A stretch of 63,979 nt of DNA, counting the filler, from Octopus bimaculoides (taxonomy: Eukaryota), in the NCBI RefSeq assembly GCF_001194135.2. It is 7 parts of 6 records of this genome, joined end to end, with 100 filler letters (N's around TTAATTAATTAA, not from the genome) between each part and the next. Parts side by side here need not be neighbours in the genome. Positions count along the whole stretch, not along the records: positions 7,444 to 31,563 come from NC_069004.1; positions 31,664 to 46,783 come from NC_068987.1; 5 more parts are not named here. The stretch is one strand, 5' to 3'. This document shows positions 25,718 through 38,231 of the stretch, in pieces. The first letter of the stretch is position 1. Each line of letters opens with the position of its first letter. The notes beneath the pieces were generated by a model. It did no database searches and was not told the DNA's origin. It saw only the letters and a program-made list of their open reading frames with translations. The position numbers and the translations under genes are program-made.

Positions 25718-28127
25718 CTGGGTAGAGCAAGAAATATAGCAAGAGGTAAGTATTTTATATAATTCTTTCTACTATAGGCACAAAGCCTAAAATTTCCAGG
25801 GAATGGGGTACTAGTGGGTACTTTATTTTAATAACCTTGAAAGGATAAAAGGCTAAGTCCACCACTGTGGAATTTGAACTCAGAATGTGAAACCAAAAGA
25901 ATTGCCACTTAAGCATTTTACACACTAACAATTCTGCCAGATTGCTGCCTTTTAAAATTCTAATTTTGGTACAAGGCCAGCAATTCTTAAGAGAAGGTCT
26001 GATGGACGCGATCAGCCTCAGTATTTGATTAGCACTTTTATTTTATCAACCCTGGAAAGAGGAAAGGCAATGTTGACCACAGCAAAATTTTAACTCAGAA
26101 TGTAAAGGGATGGAAAAAATGATACTGCAAGACCTTTTTTCCAACACACTAATGATTTTGCCAATCCATTTGGTCACAGTATTTTGAATAATAAGGGTGA
26201 AAAATGTGCTGGTGCTACATTAAAAGTACTGGTGCTGGTGTCACATAAAAATCTCCCAGTACATTATGTGGAGTGGTTGGCATTAGGAAGGGCATAAAGC
26301 TGTAGAAACCATGCCAGAGCAGACAGTGGAGACTGGTAAGGCCCTTGACCTTACCAGCTCCGGTCAAACTGTCGAACCCATGCTAGCATATAAAAAGGAA
26401 GTTAAATGATGATGAATGACTAAAACAGTGTAACTGAATGTCCATAATTTCAAACTTCAGATTCAGAGTGATCCCCCAGAGTTTATTGTGCAGTAGTCAC
26501 TAAGAACTGTGTTCTATTATAAGCCACCAGAATTTATAGTAAATAAGTCACTAACAGCTATGTTCTATAAAAAAAATCTACCAGTAATTAACTTGAAAGG
26601 TGATTTCTGTTAATAGTTTTAATATCTATAATTAACAATGCAATTACTTTTCAAGTTGACATTTCTAAGATTAATTAAATATTTCTGAGTTAGACACAAG
26701 GCAAACAGTTCTGAAAAGAGGGTGCTGATTGATATCATCAACCAAAGAACTTGTGTGGTACTTTATCAGCCTTGAAAGTAAGAAAGGCACAGAAGACCTC
26801 AGCTGGATTTGAAAACCAAATGTAGGGATCTATAAGAGCAAAATGTTTCTTCTTGTGCTTTCGTGATTCTGCCAGCTCACTGCCTTAGACTAATTAACTG
26901 GCACTCCGTCAGTTACGATGACAAGGGTTCCAGTTGATCTGATCAAGAGTACAGCCTGCTCAAGAAATTAATGTACAAGTGGTTGTGCACTCCACAGACA
27001 TGCATACCCTTAATGTAGTTCTCAAGAAGATTCAGCAGGACACAGAATATGACAAGACTGGCTCCCCTTTAAGTACAGGGACTACTCATTTTTGCCAGGT
27101 GAGTGGACTGGAGCAACATTAAATAAAGTGTCATGCACAAGGACACAACATGACACCAAGAATCAAAACTCATGACCATATGACCATGAGCCAAATATCC
27201 TAACTATTAAGCCATGTACCTTCACTTTGACTAATTATAAATAATAACATAAATATTCTAAACAGCATTCAAACCACTGCAATCTCTGATTATAGTCAAG
27301 ATCCTTATTCCTACACACACAAACGAATAAATAAATAAATATCATCATCATCATCATCATCATCGTCGTTTAACGTCCGCTTTCCATGCTAGCATGGGTT
27401 GGACGATTTGACTGAGGACTGGTGAAACCGGATGGCAACACCAGGCTCCAATCTAATTTGGCAGTTTCTACAGCTGGATGCCCTTCCTAACGCCAACCAC
27501 TCAGAGAGTGTAGTGGGTGCTTTTACGTGTCACCTGCACGAAAACGGCCACGCTCGAAATGGTGTCTTTTATGTGCCACCCGCACAAGCCAGTCCAGGGG
27601 CACTGGCAACGATCTCACTCGAAAATCCTACGATATATACAGTATCAAAGTTCTTAACTGCCACCATACATACCATACTGTGGTTAACATCATCATCATT
27701 ATCATCATACAAAGTTACTAAAAGTTATAATAGAGTGTTAAGTACTCTCCTCCTCTGATTGTGAATATTTGATCAGTTTCCCCCCACAACACAAAATATA
27801 AGACATTACACCTTATTTCATAAAATCGAAGTACTGTCCCTTTGAGAGAAGAGTGGAAATTGTGACAAACCCCTATTTTGAAGGAACCCAAATTATGAAG
27901 AATATATCTTTCTTCATACTGACATGGCAAACAAATTAAATGTAAGCCCCCCCCCCCAAAAAAAAACAAAAGGCAAAAACATGAAGCCTAACACCATGGG
28001 GTTGATATCCAATAACCCATCCGATGGCCATCTTATCTAGTGTTTGCTAAGTACTCAGTATAGCCTTAAAGAAGACAGAACAATAGATTTCTTTAAAAAA
28101 TGGTAAATGAAAGTTAGGAAAACATAC

Positions 28128-28304
28128 CAGAAATGGTGCTGTTGTTGTAATGTTTCATAATGTGATTGCGCAGACTGACTTTGGTAGAATATTTCTTCTC
28201 ACAGCCTTCCATAGGACAATGGTAGGTAATCTTCTTTCCAGAATGGTCATGTTTCTTCAAGTGTATGTACAAACTACTTTTAGCAGTGAAACGAGTCTTG
28301 CAAC
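28128..28304 (-). CDS. ZXDC: ZXD-family gene exon (about ZF9-10)
   Basis: (G)CKTRFTAKSSLYIHLKKH...YHCPMEGCEKKYSTKVSLRNHIMKH; SSLYIH.KKH is ZXD-typical. ttttag acceptor, gtatgt donor; phase 1 to 1. Confidence 0.9.
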
Positions 28305-29925
28305 CTAAAAACAAAATGGAAAGAAAGAGAGAGAGAGAAAGGATAAAAAAAAAAAAACGGTAGTAGTCAAGTTTTTGAATGATTTTAATGAATGATATTA
28401 CACACATGTAAAAATCAGTTGCTATATAAAGTAGTCATTCAGTAGGCTAGCACCAAAATGGATACCTAATTTGTATATTTGCAATTCTGACAATTCATAA
28501 TTAATCCTTTAGCATCCAATGACACTGTAGGGTTGGTGTGAGAAGCTGATCTGGTCAATTTGAACATATGACAAGTAGAATATTTTGGCATGTATGTATG
28601 TATCAATGAATGATTTTTTTATTTTTTGGTGTTGCTTCAGTTCTTAAGAGAGTTCAAGCTGGTTGCTTACAAAGCAACAAAACTGTTTGTAAATATGTGG
28701 TCAAGTTGGTGTTGGTTGAACTGCTTGATGTCCAAGTGTTCATCTATTCATCTAAAGAATCTCAGATGGAGAATTTTTGGGATGTCTTGAGTACAAACAG
28801 CATTACTGATAAAACACTCTCTCAGGAATATGCCTGTTGATAGTGCATGTGTGTGTTTGTATAAACACTGTGGAAGAAACTGGACAAAAAAAAAATGCAT
28901 ACAACGGACAAATTCTTTTGTCTCTAATGCTACCAGAAATGCAGTGAACTTGTTTGACTGGCTTCTTTGGAAATCTTTAACTAACAATCCCATCACCAGT
29001 TGTGATATAAAATTAGTAAAATAATTGTCTAACTAATTATTATTAACTGTGATGAACAGAGATATGGTAATGGGGAGCTAATCCAGTATTTTTCAAAATG
29101 GGAGAGCTGGGAGGACTGAGAAGGGCGCAGACAGTGTGATGTTTGATAAAATTAAAAGATGGCTTTTAAACTTTGTAAATTTGTCAATGCCATGGTGAAG
29201 AATGAAGAATTATTGCTACTGTTTATCTGACTCCCCAAACCAGTCATAACCTCTCAGACATATGAGGAAAGCAGTTTCAGTAATGAGCATCCTGTTTCTA
29301 ATTCAGAAATAGTATATTAAATACATTGTTTTGTTTTTTCTAAAAAAAAAAAATTTAAAAAAATCTAACAAAAAAAAGCCACTATATCTAGCAAGTCAAG
29401 CCACCACGTAGACCAGTTACGGACAAACTGCAGCCATGGGACTTTCTGAACAGTACCTTCAATTTTCTTAGTAGTGCAACCCACTTCTTGATGAAGGCTG
29501 CCTATACCTGATGTAGAGAATGCTTCCCCCACCAACATCTACTGGTTCATCTGTAAATATATGCATTAGCAGCTTATGGTGTTGAACTCAAAACCTTCCC
29601 ATGAGACGGCAGAGACTGTTTAACACAGTAATCATATAAATAAGATAAGTTCCATCTAACAGACATCATCATTGTTTTTACATTTACCTTTTCCAAAGTG
29701 GAAAGAGTTGGATGAGACTTACTGAGCCCATATTCTAGAGTTGAATTGTTAACGTCTAAGGAGACAGCTGCTAAAGATGCCAAGCAGTGAGATAGTATCT
29801 GAAATCACTTTGTTATGAAATGAGACTTCTTAACCACACAGCCACACCTGTGACTAAACATTAAGAAAATAATAATAATATTTGTGATTGTAATGGATGT
29901 TGAAGTGATCCAGCAAGTTACTTAC

Positions 29926-30100
29926 CATCTACTGGACACTGGAATGGTTTTGTTCCACTGTGAGTTACTAAATGACCTTTCAGATGTTCAGCTCGCAAGA
30001 ATGCTTTGCCACATGCATTGCACAGCCATTTTCGAACACCAGTATGTTTGCTCATGTGGCGTTTTAATTTACTGGCTGTTGCAAAGGCCCAAGAACAACC
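29926..30100 (-). CDS. ZXDC: ZXD-family zinc-finger gene, first exon present in the window (internal exon; C2H2 fingers corresponding to about ZF7-9)
   Basis: GCSWAFATASKLKRHMSKHTGVRKWLCNACGKAFLRAEHLKGHLVTHSGTKPFQCPVD; RAEHLKGH..TH.GTKPF.CPV matches my recollection of vertebrate ZXDA/B/C. Acceptor ttttccag, donor G|gtaagt; phase 0 to 1. Confidence 0.9.
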
Positions 30101-30717
30101 CTGGAAAAAGAGAAAAGGAAACAAAGATGAAGGATTAAGTTAAACAGGAAACATCTAATGTGTAGGGTCTTTTACATACATCTGGTGAGTCACATTATTC
30201 TGTAAGGAGCATATGTCTGGGTTCCCAGTCTTTTTGGCATATATATTCCTCATTAGAAAGGGAGCTGGTTCATCACAGGATTTATATACACCTACTCAAC
30301 TTATGACCAAGTTCTGTTCTGACTGATTGGTCTTAAGTCGATCTGGTCGTATGTTGGATTTATATTTTTCAACACTTTTCATTCAAACACAACTGATGCT
30401 TGAAAGCGACTGAGTGAGAGACAATGGCAGGCAGTAAATGCCTGGATCTGAAGGAGGCTTCTGTTGCCGGATGCTGCCATAGTTATTGTATGTGCAGCTG
30501 CCCAACATCTGAAAATCGTTTTATTTATTTATTTATTTTGTAGTTGTACATGTGGATGGTTGGACTGTGGCTATGCTGGGGCAGCACTGCCTTGAAGTGT
30601 TTTAATCAAATGAATCAACTCCAATAGTTATTCTTTAAAGCCTGCTACTTATTCAATCATCTTTTTTGCTAAATTGCTAAGTTATGGGAACGTAGACAAA
30701 CAATTAACACTGGCCCA

Positions 30718-31165
30718 ATGGTTTCCCTTTGTAGCAGAATTAATAGTCAAGACTATTTAAGCATTTTATCTGATCAAATTCATCCTATGGTTGCAGGACT
30801 GTTTCCGGAGGGAAACGCACAGGATGATAATGCATCAATTTACACAGTTAGAGTTGTTACTGAATGGCACGAGGAACATTCTAGTGGAGTTGATCATCTT
30901 ATCTGGCCACCACAGTCCCCAGATTTCAATATTACTGAACATTTATGGTGCATTTTAGAAAAGCAAGTAAAGAGTCGATATCCTCCACCATCATCACTAC
31001 AAGAACTAGAGACTATTTTAGCTGAAGAATGGACAAAAATTCCTTTGGAAAAAAATCAAACATTTGTATGAGTCCATACCTCGTAGAATTTAAGCTGTAA
31101 TTACTGCCAAAGGTGGTCGTACCCCATATTAAAATAAATTTGTTTGAAATTTTAAGGTATTTCCA
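30718..31165 (+). mobile_element. Tc1/mariner transposase 3' fragment with right end
   Basis: QDDNASIY...WPPQSPDFNITEHLW corresponds to the DD34E catalytic C-terminal half; ends ccattattttgttcaacccttg followed by TA. Confidence 0.85.
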
Positions 31166-31225
31166 TTATTTTGTTCAACCCTTGTATATATATATATACA
31201 CACATATATATATACACATACATAG

Positions 31226-31563
31226 AGGTAGGGGTAGGGGTCCACCAAGGTTCCGTCCTCAGCCCCCTCTTATTTACCATAGTCCTCCAGGCAATCACAG
31301 AGGAGTTCAAGACAGGTTGCCCCTGGGAGCTCCTCTATGCTGATGACCTTGCCCTAATTGCGGAGTCACTATCAGAACTAGAGGAGAAGTTTCAGGTGTG
31401 GAAGCAAGGTCTAGAATTGAAGGGCCTTAGAGTCAACCTAGCTAAAACCAAAATCCTAATAAGTAGGAAGGTAGATAAAACACAAACCCCTTCAGGTAGA
31501 TGGCCCTGCTCAGTATGTAGAAAAGGACTAGGTAGTAACTCTATAAGATGTACCCGGTGCAAG
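31226..31563 (+). mobile_element. RTE-clade LINE reverse-transcriptase fragment
   Basis: GVHQGSVLSPLLF...LLYADDLALIA...GLRVNLAKTK; cut off by the spacer. Confidence 0.9.
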
Positions 31564-31663
31564 NNNNNNNNNNNNNNNNNNNNNNNNNNNNNNNNNNNNN
31601 NNNNNNNTTAATTAATTAANNNNNNNNNNNNNNNNNNNNNNNNNNNNNNNNNNNNNNNNNNNN
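31564..31663. other. Artificial scaffold-joining spacer
   Basis: N44-TTAATTAATTAA-N44; truncates an RTE RT fragment. Confidence 0.95.
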
Positions 31664-32855
31664 AGGGAGGGAGAGAAGAGAGAGAGGGAGGGAGAGAAGA
31701 GAGAGAGGGAGGGAGAGAAGAGAGAGAGGGAAGAGAAAAGGGAGGGCGAGGAGGGAGGTGAAGGGTGAGGAGGGAGTTGGAAGGACTGCAGCCATGCTGG
31801 AGCACCATTTTGAGGAATTTTAGTCAAACAAATCAACCCCAGTACTTATTCTATCAGTCTCATTTGCCAAACCACTAAGTTACAGGAATGTAAACACACC
31901 ACCCCCAGTTGTCAAGTGGTTGTAGGGAACGCACATACACACACATGCATACAACAGGCTTCTTTCACTTTCCACCAATCAAATCCACTCACAAGGCTTT
32001 GGTTGGCCCAAGACTAAAGCAGAAGAAAAACTTGTCCAAAGGACCATGAATGGCAATGAACTCAAAACCATGTGGTTGGAAAGCCAACTTCTTACCACAC
32101 AGCCATGCCTGGGCCTGTAATCTTATTTTTATTTTCTTTCATTTACTCAATACAAAGAGCTTAAAATTTCTGGTCATAGGTGAGTTTTAGTTGTGTTAAT
32201 AACACACAGGGAAAAGTGCATTTGTTCAACATTGTTATCTTTGATATGTGAAATAATTGGAATCGTTGTCATTCACGAATGCTTTCAAAGACTGTTCAAT
32301 GGAAGTTGCACAAATTTAGTATGACATTTTTAAAGTTAGCTTTGGATGGTATCTGGAAACAGAAGCTGACTAAATAATTGGCTATGACACTGCTTTTCTG
32401 CTGTGATACCTCTTCTATTGTTATATCTGAGAAAGCAGGTCATATCAATTGCTCATCATCTTAAAAACGGCAAGCATGAACAAGAGTTTGATAAAGTTTC
32501 CGATATCTGATTCATACAACATAAACAAAATAGGAAGAAAAAAAAAGTCATGGTTTATTCAATTAGTATTAACAAAATTTAGAAATTCTAAGATTGTGTT
32601 TGTGTTTACCCAATTATTGTCAGAGGTATTTCAGTTATGTAAAGGTACTTTTTGATTGATTCTGATAAAATATTCAATACTGAGCAAAATAAACTCTCTC
32701 AGTCACCAAACATAATCAAATATTTTCCCAATAAATGGGAAATTTTCATCCAACAGATAGAGGTTAACCTTAGAAAAGTTGAACTAGTGCAAACCAAATA
32801 CTATTTAGTACATCTTTAATCAAAGAAGTTATGTAAATGAATGCATGTATGAATA

Positions 32856-32895
<40 letters not shown>

Positions 32896-32963
32896 AATGT
32901 TTGTATATATGAATAGGAGTAGGTGTATGTGTGTGTATAAATGTTTGTGTATATGAATAGTAG

Positions 32964-32997
<34 letters not shown>

Positions 32998-33790
32998 ATG
33001 AAATCATGGTTGCATGTGAAAATATGCATATATGAATGTGAATCCTTGTGAACGTGTGCATAACTGAACATGTTCATGACTGAATTGTGTGCGTCTTTAA
33101 ATATGCATGTGTAGGAAGGTGTGTAGGTGTGCATGCTTCAATGAGTAAATAAGAGTATGTGAATGTGTGTGCATCTATGTGTGTATGTGTCGGTGAATGC
33201 ATCTGAAAATGTGTGTGGATAAGAACATGCAGGAATGTATGAATGTGTATGTGTGAAGGTGAATGCCTGTGAATAAATCTGAAGAGTGAATGTGTGCATG
33301 CATGCATGTGGGTGCATGTGAATGTGTGTGGCTGCTTGTGAATGTGTGTGGGTGCGTGTGATTGCGTGAGGGCATGTCTGAATGTGTGTGGGTGCATGTG
33401 AATGCATGGTGTTGTGTATGCGTGAGTGAGTGAATATGCAGATGTAAGTAAATGGAGATCTGCAGCAAAAGATCATGGACCGGATAACTTTTAAACAAAT
33501 TCCATTGCTGTTTTCACAACTTCAGGGTCAAATAATAGACAGGGAGCTGACATCCGAAAACAAAAGAAATTCATGATTATTCCTTTCATACAGTCACTGA
33601 ATTTATCAAACCCTACCAGGAATTCCGATATAACAGAAAGTTTGCGTGATTTTACAGGCAGGAATCAGAGAAAGAAAGAAATAAAGAAGGAAACATTTCT
33701 ACAGGAATACATGGTTAACAAGACATGTACAATACACTGTATATTGCTGAAAAATTCCTGAATAATTTTATGAAGAAAACAAGTACTTAC

Positions 33791-33880
33791 CGTTTTACCA
33801 AGCAGATCATCAGCGCTAATACTCATTCTTAGTCTTGCTGTGTTGGCTTTCAGTTTGGCGATTACTGGCCGGGTTGTCTT
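33791..33880 (-). CDS. Exon of the same unidentified gene
   Basis: ttggcag|KTTRPVIAKLKANTARLRMSISADDLLGKT|gtaagt; 90 nt, phase 0 to 0. Confidence 0.65.
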
Positions 33881-35099
33881 CTGCCAATACAAACAGTATG
33901 GAAAGTTACAGCTATTTCACTATCTCGCTCATTGGTGATTACGGTTAATAAAGGGTTTTAGACATTACTGTTTCTTTTGTTTGCTATTTTCATTTATTTT
34001 AGTTGAAGTGAACTGAAATACTTTCTCAGTTGCGCCCCCACCCACTTCTTAATTTACAGGAGAAAAACCTCTAGCGTGAACAAGACTGGTATTTCAAACT
34101 ATTATTTACGCTTGCTGTGATAAACACAAAGCTGCTGTTTGACAGCAACTTTCTGTCAAAATTGTGTGCCATTCAAACTGTAAAGCTAATAGTCTTATAA
34201 TAAAACGAAATAACATTTTCCCCCTCTATCTAGACACGAAAAATTCGACAGAGAAGAAGGAATCAGGCTTTTGTTTCAACCATCATCATTATCGTTTTAA
34301 TTCTCTTATTCTTTTGTGGATATTGTGCCCCATGCTGGAGCACAATATCCACTTTTCTATGCTTGCATGGATCAGATGGGGTAAGGTGATATTTCTTCAT
34401 AACCAGACATGTTTTAGTACAAGATTGGAAATGAATGACACAACATTCAAGAGAGAATGACACTCACCACAACTGTCTTGCAGTGTCAAGACAAACAGAC
34501 AAATGTACACACCACCTTGAAGAATCTTTAGTCAAATGACTCAATCACAATACTTTTTTTTCCTTTTTAAGCCTGATACTTATTCTATCAACATCTTTTG
34601 CTGAACTGCTAATTTACAGGGACATAAACACACTAACACCGGCTGTCAGAGGTGGTGGAGACACACAAACACACATAATTTCCATCTACCAAATCCATTC
34701 ACAAGGCTTTGGTTGGCCTGAGCCTATAGTAGAAAACTCTTACCCAAGGTACCACAGAATCACATGGTTGGAAAGCCAACTTCTTACCACACAGTGACAC
34801 CGGCACCTATGGCTTTCAAAAAAAAAAATTCTTCCTATATACTAACAAAGGTCACCAATGTTTAAGTCTTTACCTCAGCAGTTTGGTATTTTCAAAAAGA
34901 TAATTTAAGAGAACATCTGTTAAAAGCAGACTTAAATAAAGCAATTTCGACAGCAGGAACAAATATTTGCCAAAGCTACCTTCAACAGCCATTTTAAACA
35001 ATTAAAACTGACTTTGATTGCCTTTTTTCTAAATGCTTATGTCTGAAAGTATCAAGGTATGAGAAGCAGTGGTGGACTCGTTAGGTCAATGAATGAGGG

Positions 35100-35600
35100 T
35101 CCTGCAAGACACTGCTGAATAATGACCATCACCCCCGTGGCCACCTGTGTGCAGGGTCAATGCTGAAGCCTTCTACTTGTCCCCATCACCTCCTTCCTTG
35201 TCATCCCTGGATTTGTGAATAAAGTGTGATAGAGTGGGCACTGGAGTCTTGGGTTTTGCAGAACATGATGACTATTATTATTTTGGTGGACATGGTTCTG
35301 TGCAGAGCCAGTCCCATGCTCATGTCCTTCAAACTTGTATTGATCTGATACAATAAGGGCCACAAACCCAGTAGTAAGGTTGAACAGAGATACACAGATA
35401 AAAAGCCAAGGAACCTCATCTGCCCTTGGTCTTTTAGGGTGTCTGTGAGTAACCTTCTTCCAGTGACGATTCCATGACATGCTTATTAACCCAGAGCTGA
35501 GATCCTGACAATTGCTTCTAATCCAGGTCAGTGAAGACCTAGGAACAATAGTGACTATGAGAGGGATCCACACTCTTCAAGATGCTGAAACTACCGAACT
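35100..35600 (-). mobile_element. Decayed non-LTR retrotransposon C-terminal fragment (possible)
   Basis: HHVLQNPRLQCPLYHTLF resembles the LINE C-terminal H..L..CP.Y zinc-knuckle region; frameshifted. Confidence 0.35.
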
Positions 35601-36744
35601 TAGAGCCCCATTATTGGGTGCAGTTTTAAAACCATACCCAGGACAACCAGAAACAACAGAGTATCAGTATCTAGTAATGTGTATATTTTAAGTTAATATG
35701 CCATGCAAAATGCACCTGTGGACACACCTGAGCTGGCACCATGTAAAATGCACCTAGTACACTATAAAATGGTTGGCATTCAGAAGGGCACCCAGCTGTA
35801 GAAACTATGCCAAAACAGACAGTTGGAGCCTGATGCAGCTCTCCAACTTGCCAGCTCCTGTTGAACTATCTAACTCATGCCAGCATGGAAAACAAATGTT
35901 AAATGACAATGATGATGGATCTCACTTGACTTAAAATAACATAATTCCAAATGTAAACTGAATGATTCCATCAATCAGCCGCATCCATTGGAGGGAAGAG
36001 GTTAATAAGAACGGACTCCAATAACTTTAGAGAAAGAAAGAAAATTTATAAAGAGCGTTTCAGTAGAGGTTTCTTGGAGAGTAATCAATTGTTTTCTGAA
36101 TACTTCCAAATATAATTTAGGAAGAAAAGAAAAAAAAAAGATTTACTTAAAATAATCTTTTAAAAAAATATTTATATAAACTGAATCTGAAAGCATAAAA
36201 GAGTGCTCAAAGATGACCTGCATAGATTCATAGGATGAAAATTCATTTTATTTTAATATTCAGTTTTGTACACTTGTACGGTTGAGGTAGGTATGTGGTA
36301 GAAGCTATTATGTAACTCAATAGTGCATCAATTGGATGTATTTATTTCAAAGTAGTTGTTAAAGAAATATTTTCTGTTAAATGTCATTACAAGAGCCAAT
36401 TACAACATACCATGCCAAGCAGTAACATTATTGCTTAGGCTTCTTTGGATAACTAAAATGGAATTAAAAGAATGACATTTTCCTAATAGCATACAAACCT
36501 CATTTAAATTAATAACAAAAACAAAAAAAAAATTTCTTAAAGATCATTTTAGTGCAAACTTATATTTTCCCATATTGATTATTGAAGGAGAGAAAAAAAC
36601 AAAAAACAAACTTATTTGTTCTATTTCTTATTGATTTTTCAAAGAACATTCTGCTTAAAATCTGCACAAATCTGCTTTATATTACAGCTGTGTTAGTTCC
36701 AAAATATATAAAGTAAATAAAACGAAATCAGCAAATTTCCTTAC

Positions 36745-36878
36745 GATAACATCTTCGTCCGGCATGTCAGGGTCTTCTTTAACAGTACTCATGTTCCTCT
36801 TGAGATGAGTGTTTCTGTTGTACACAGGAGTGATGGTCTCGCTTTGCAAAGCTGGTTGCATGTAGCTAATGTTGTCTT
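36745..36878 (-). CDS. Exon of the same unidentified gene
   Basis: gttacag|(E)DNISYMQPALQSETITPVYNRNTHLKRNMSTVKEDPDMPDEDVI|gtaagg; phase 1 to 0. Confidence 0.7.
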
Positions 36879-38194
36879 CTGTAACATTAATAAAAAAGGA
36901 AAGTTGGCACAGAATATAAAACATACTAAACAAAAACAAAAAAAAAATGTCCCCTCACCTTCCAAACATTTTTTGTTAAATAGTAAATTGAGGTTTTCTG
37001 TCTACAAAAAGGTTTAATGTAAAGGTATATAGCCTGGTGGTTAGGGTGCTGTACTCATGATCAAAAGATTGCAGTTTTGACTCCCAGACAAGGTAGTAGG
37101 TTGTGTTCATGAGCAAAACACTTCACACATACGGATTTCCCTGCAGTTTCTTTTGACCAAATTTATTCGCATGGCATTGGTCAGCTCAAGGATATAGTTG
37201 AAGACAATTGCCCTAGGTGCCACGCAGTGAGACTGAACCTAGAACCACATGGCTGAAAATTTGAATTTCTTAACAACACAGCAATGCTTGAACATATAAA
37301 GCAAATAACCCCCCCCACCAAATGTTTCATTCACAGCAAAAAGTATTGTTAGTGATAGACAATGGAAGACAGCAGTCAATGGGTGGGGGGACAATGTGCT
37401 GAATTCAGGCAGCCTCATATAAGGCAGACCTGGCCAACAAAAATTACATTGTGGGCCACTTTAATCGTAGAAAGTTCTTTGAGGGCCGCTTGTATACTTT
37501 ATGCTCTAACAATCAAATAATCAAATTACAGAATCAAGAATTTTTCATACTTTTCGTTTGTCTAAAACCATAAAATTGTCAGCTATTGCTTTATTGCCAT
37601 TTATAAATTTTAAATTTATTTTGAAATAAATGTTTTAAATGAACAATTTTATTTTGAAACTAGCTGAGGTACCCAGTAAAAAATTACCGTTAATAAGATG
37701 TCTGTTTATAGCCATGAAACATTTTTTGTCAAATTTTTGCCATTTTTCAAAAATTTTAAATCTATATTAATGGGTAGGACCATCTATATTATAAATTTAT
37801 ATTAATGGGCAGGAATGGCACCAGAGTGACTGTGTGGTTAACAAGCCTGTTTTGCAACTTTGTGGATTTTGGTTTAGTTGCAATGAGTGGCACCTTGGGT
37901 GTCTTTTACTATAACCCTGGACCAACCAATATCTTGTGAGTAAATCTGGGGAAAAAAGAAACTGTGTGGAAGCCCCCTACATACACACAAATATTTTATC
38001 TCAGTCATTAGATTGTGGCCATGCTGGGGCACCACTTTTAGTCGAATGAATTAACCCCCAGTTCTTATTTCCTGCTTCAGCCTGGTACTTATTTTATCAG
38101 TATCTTTTGCTGAACTGTTAAGCTATGAGGATATAAACAGACCAGCACCAGTAATCAAGTGTGTGTGTGGGGGGGAGGCATAAACAAACACACA

Positions 38195-38231
<37 letters not shown>

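Noticed and set aside
32315-32370. Possible terminal exon IPSKANFKNVILNLCNFH* of the unidentified gene
   Set aside because: The acceptor and phase fit, but the peptide is short and uninformative; not supportable without transcripts.
30100-33791. Joining the 46-33 kb exons to the ZXD exons as one gene
   Set aside because: An artificial spacer at 31564-31663 separates them, and the missing ZXD fingers are not present in between.
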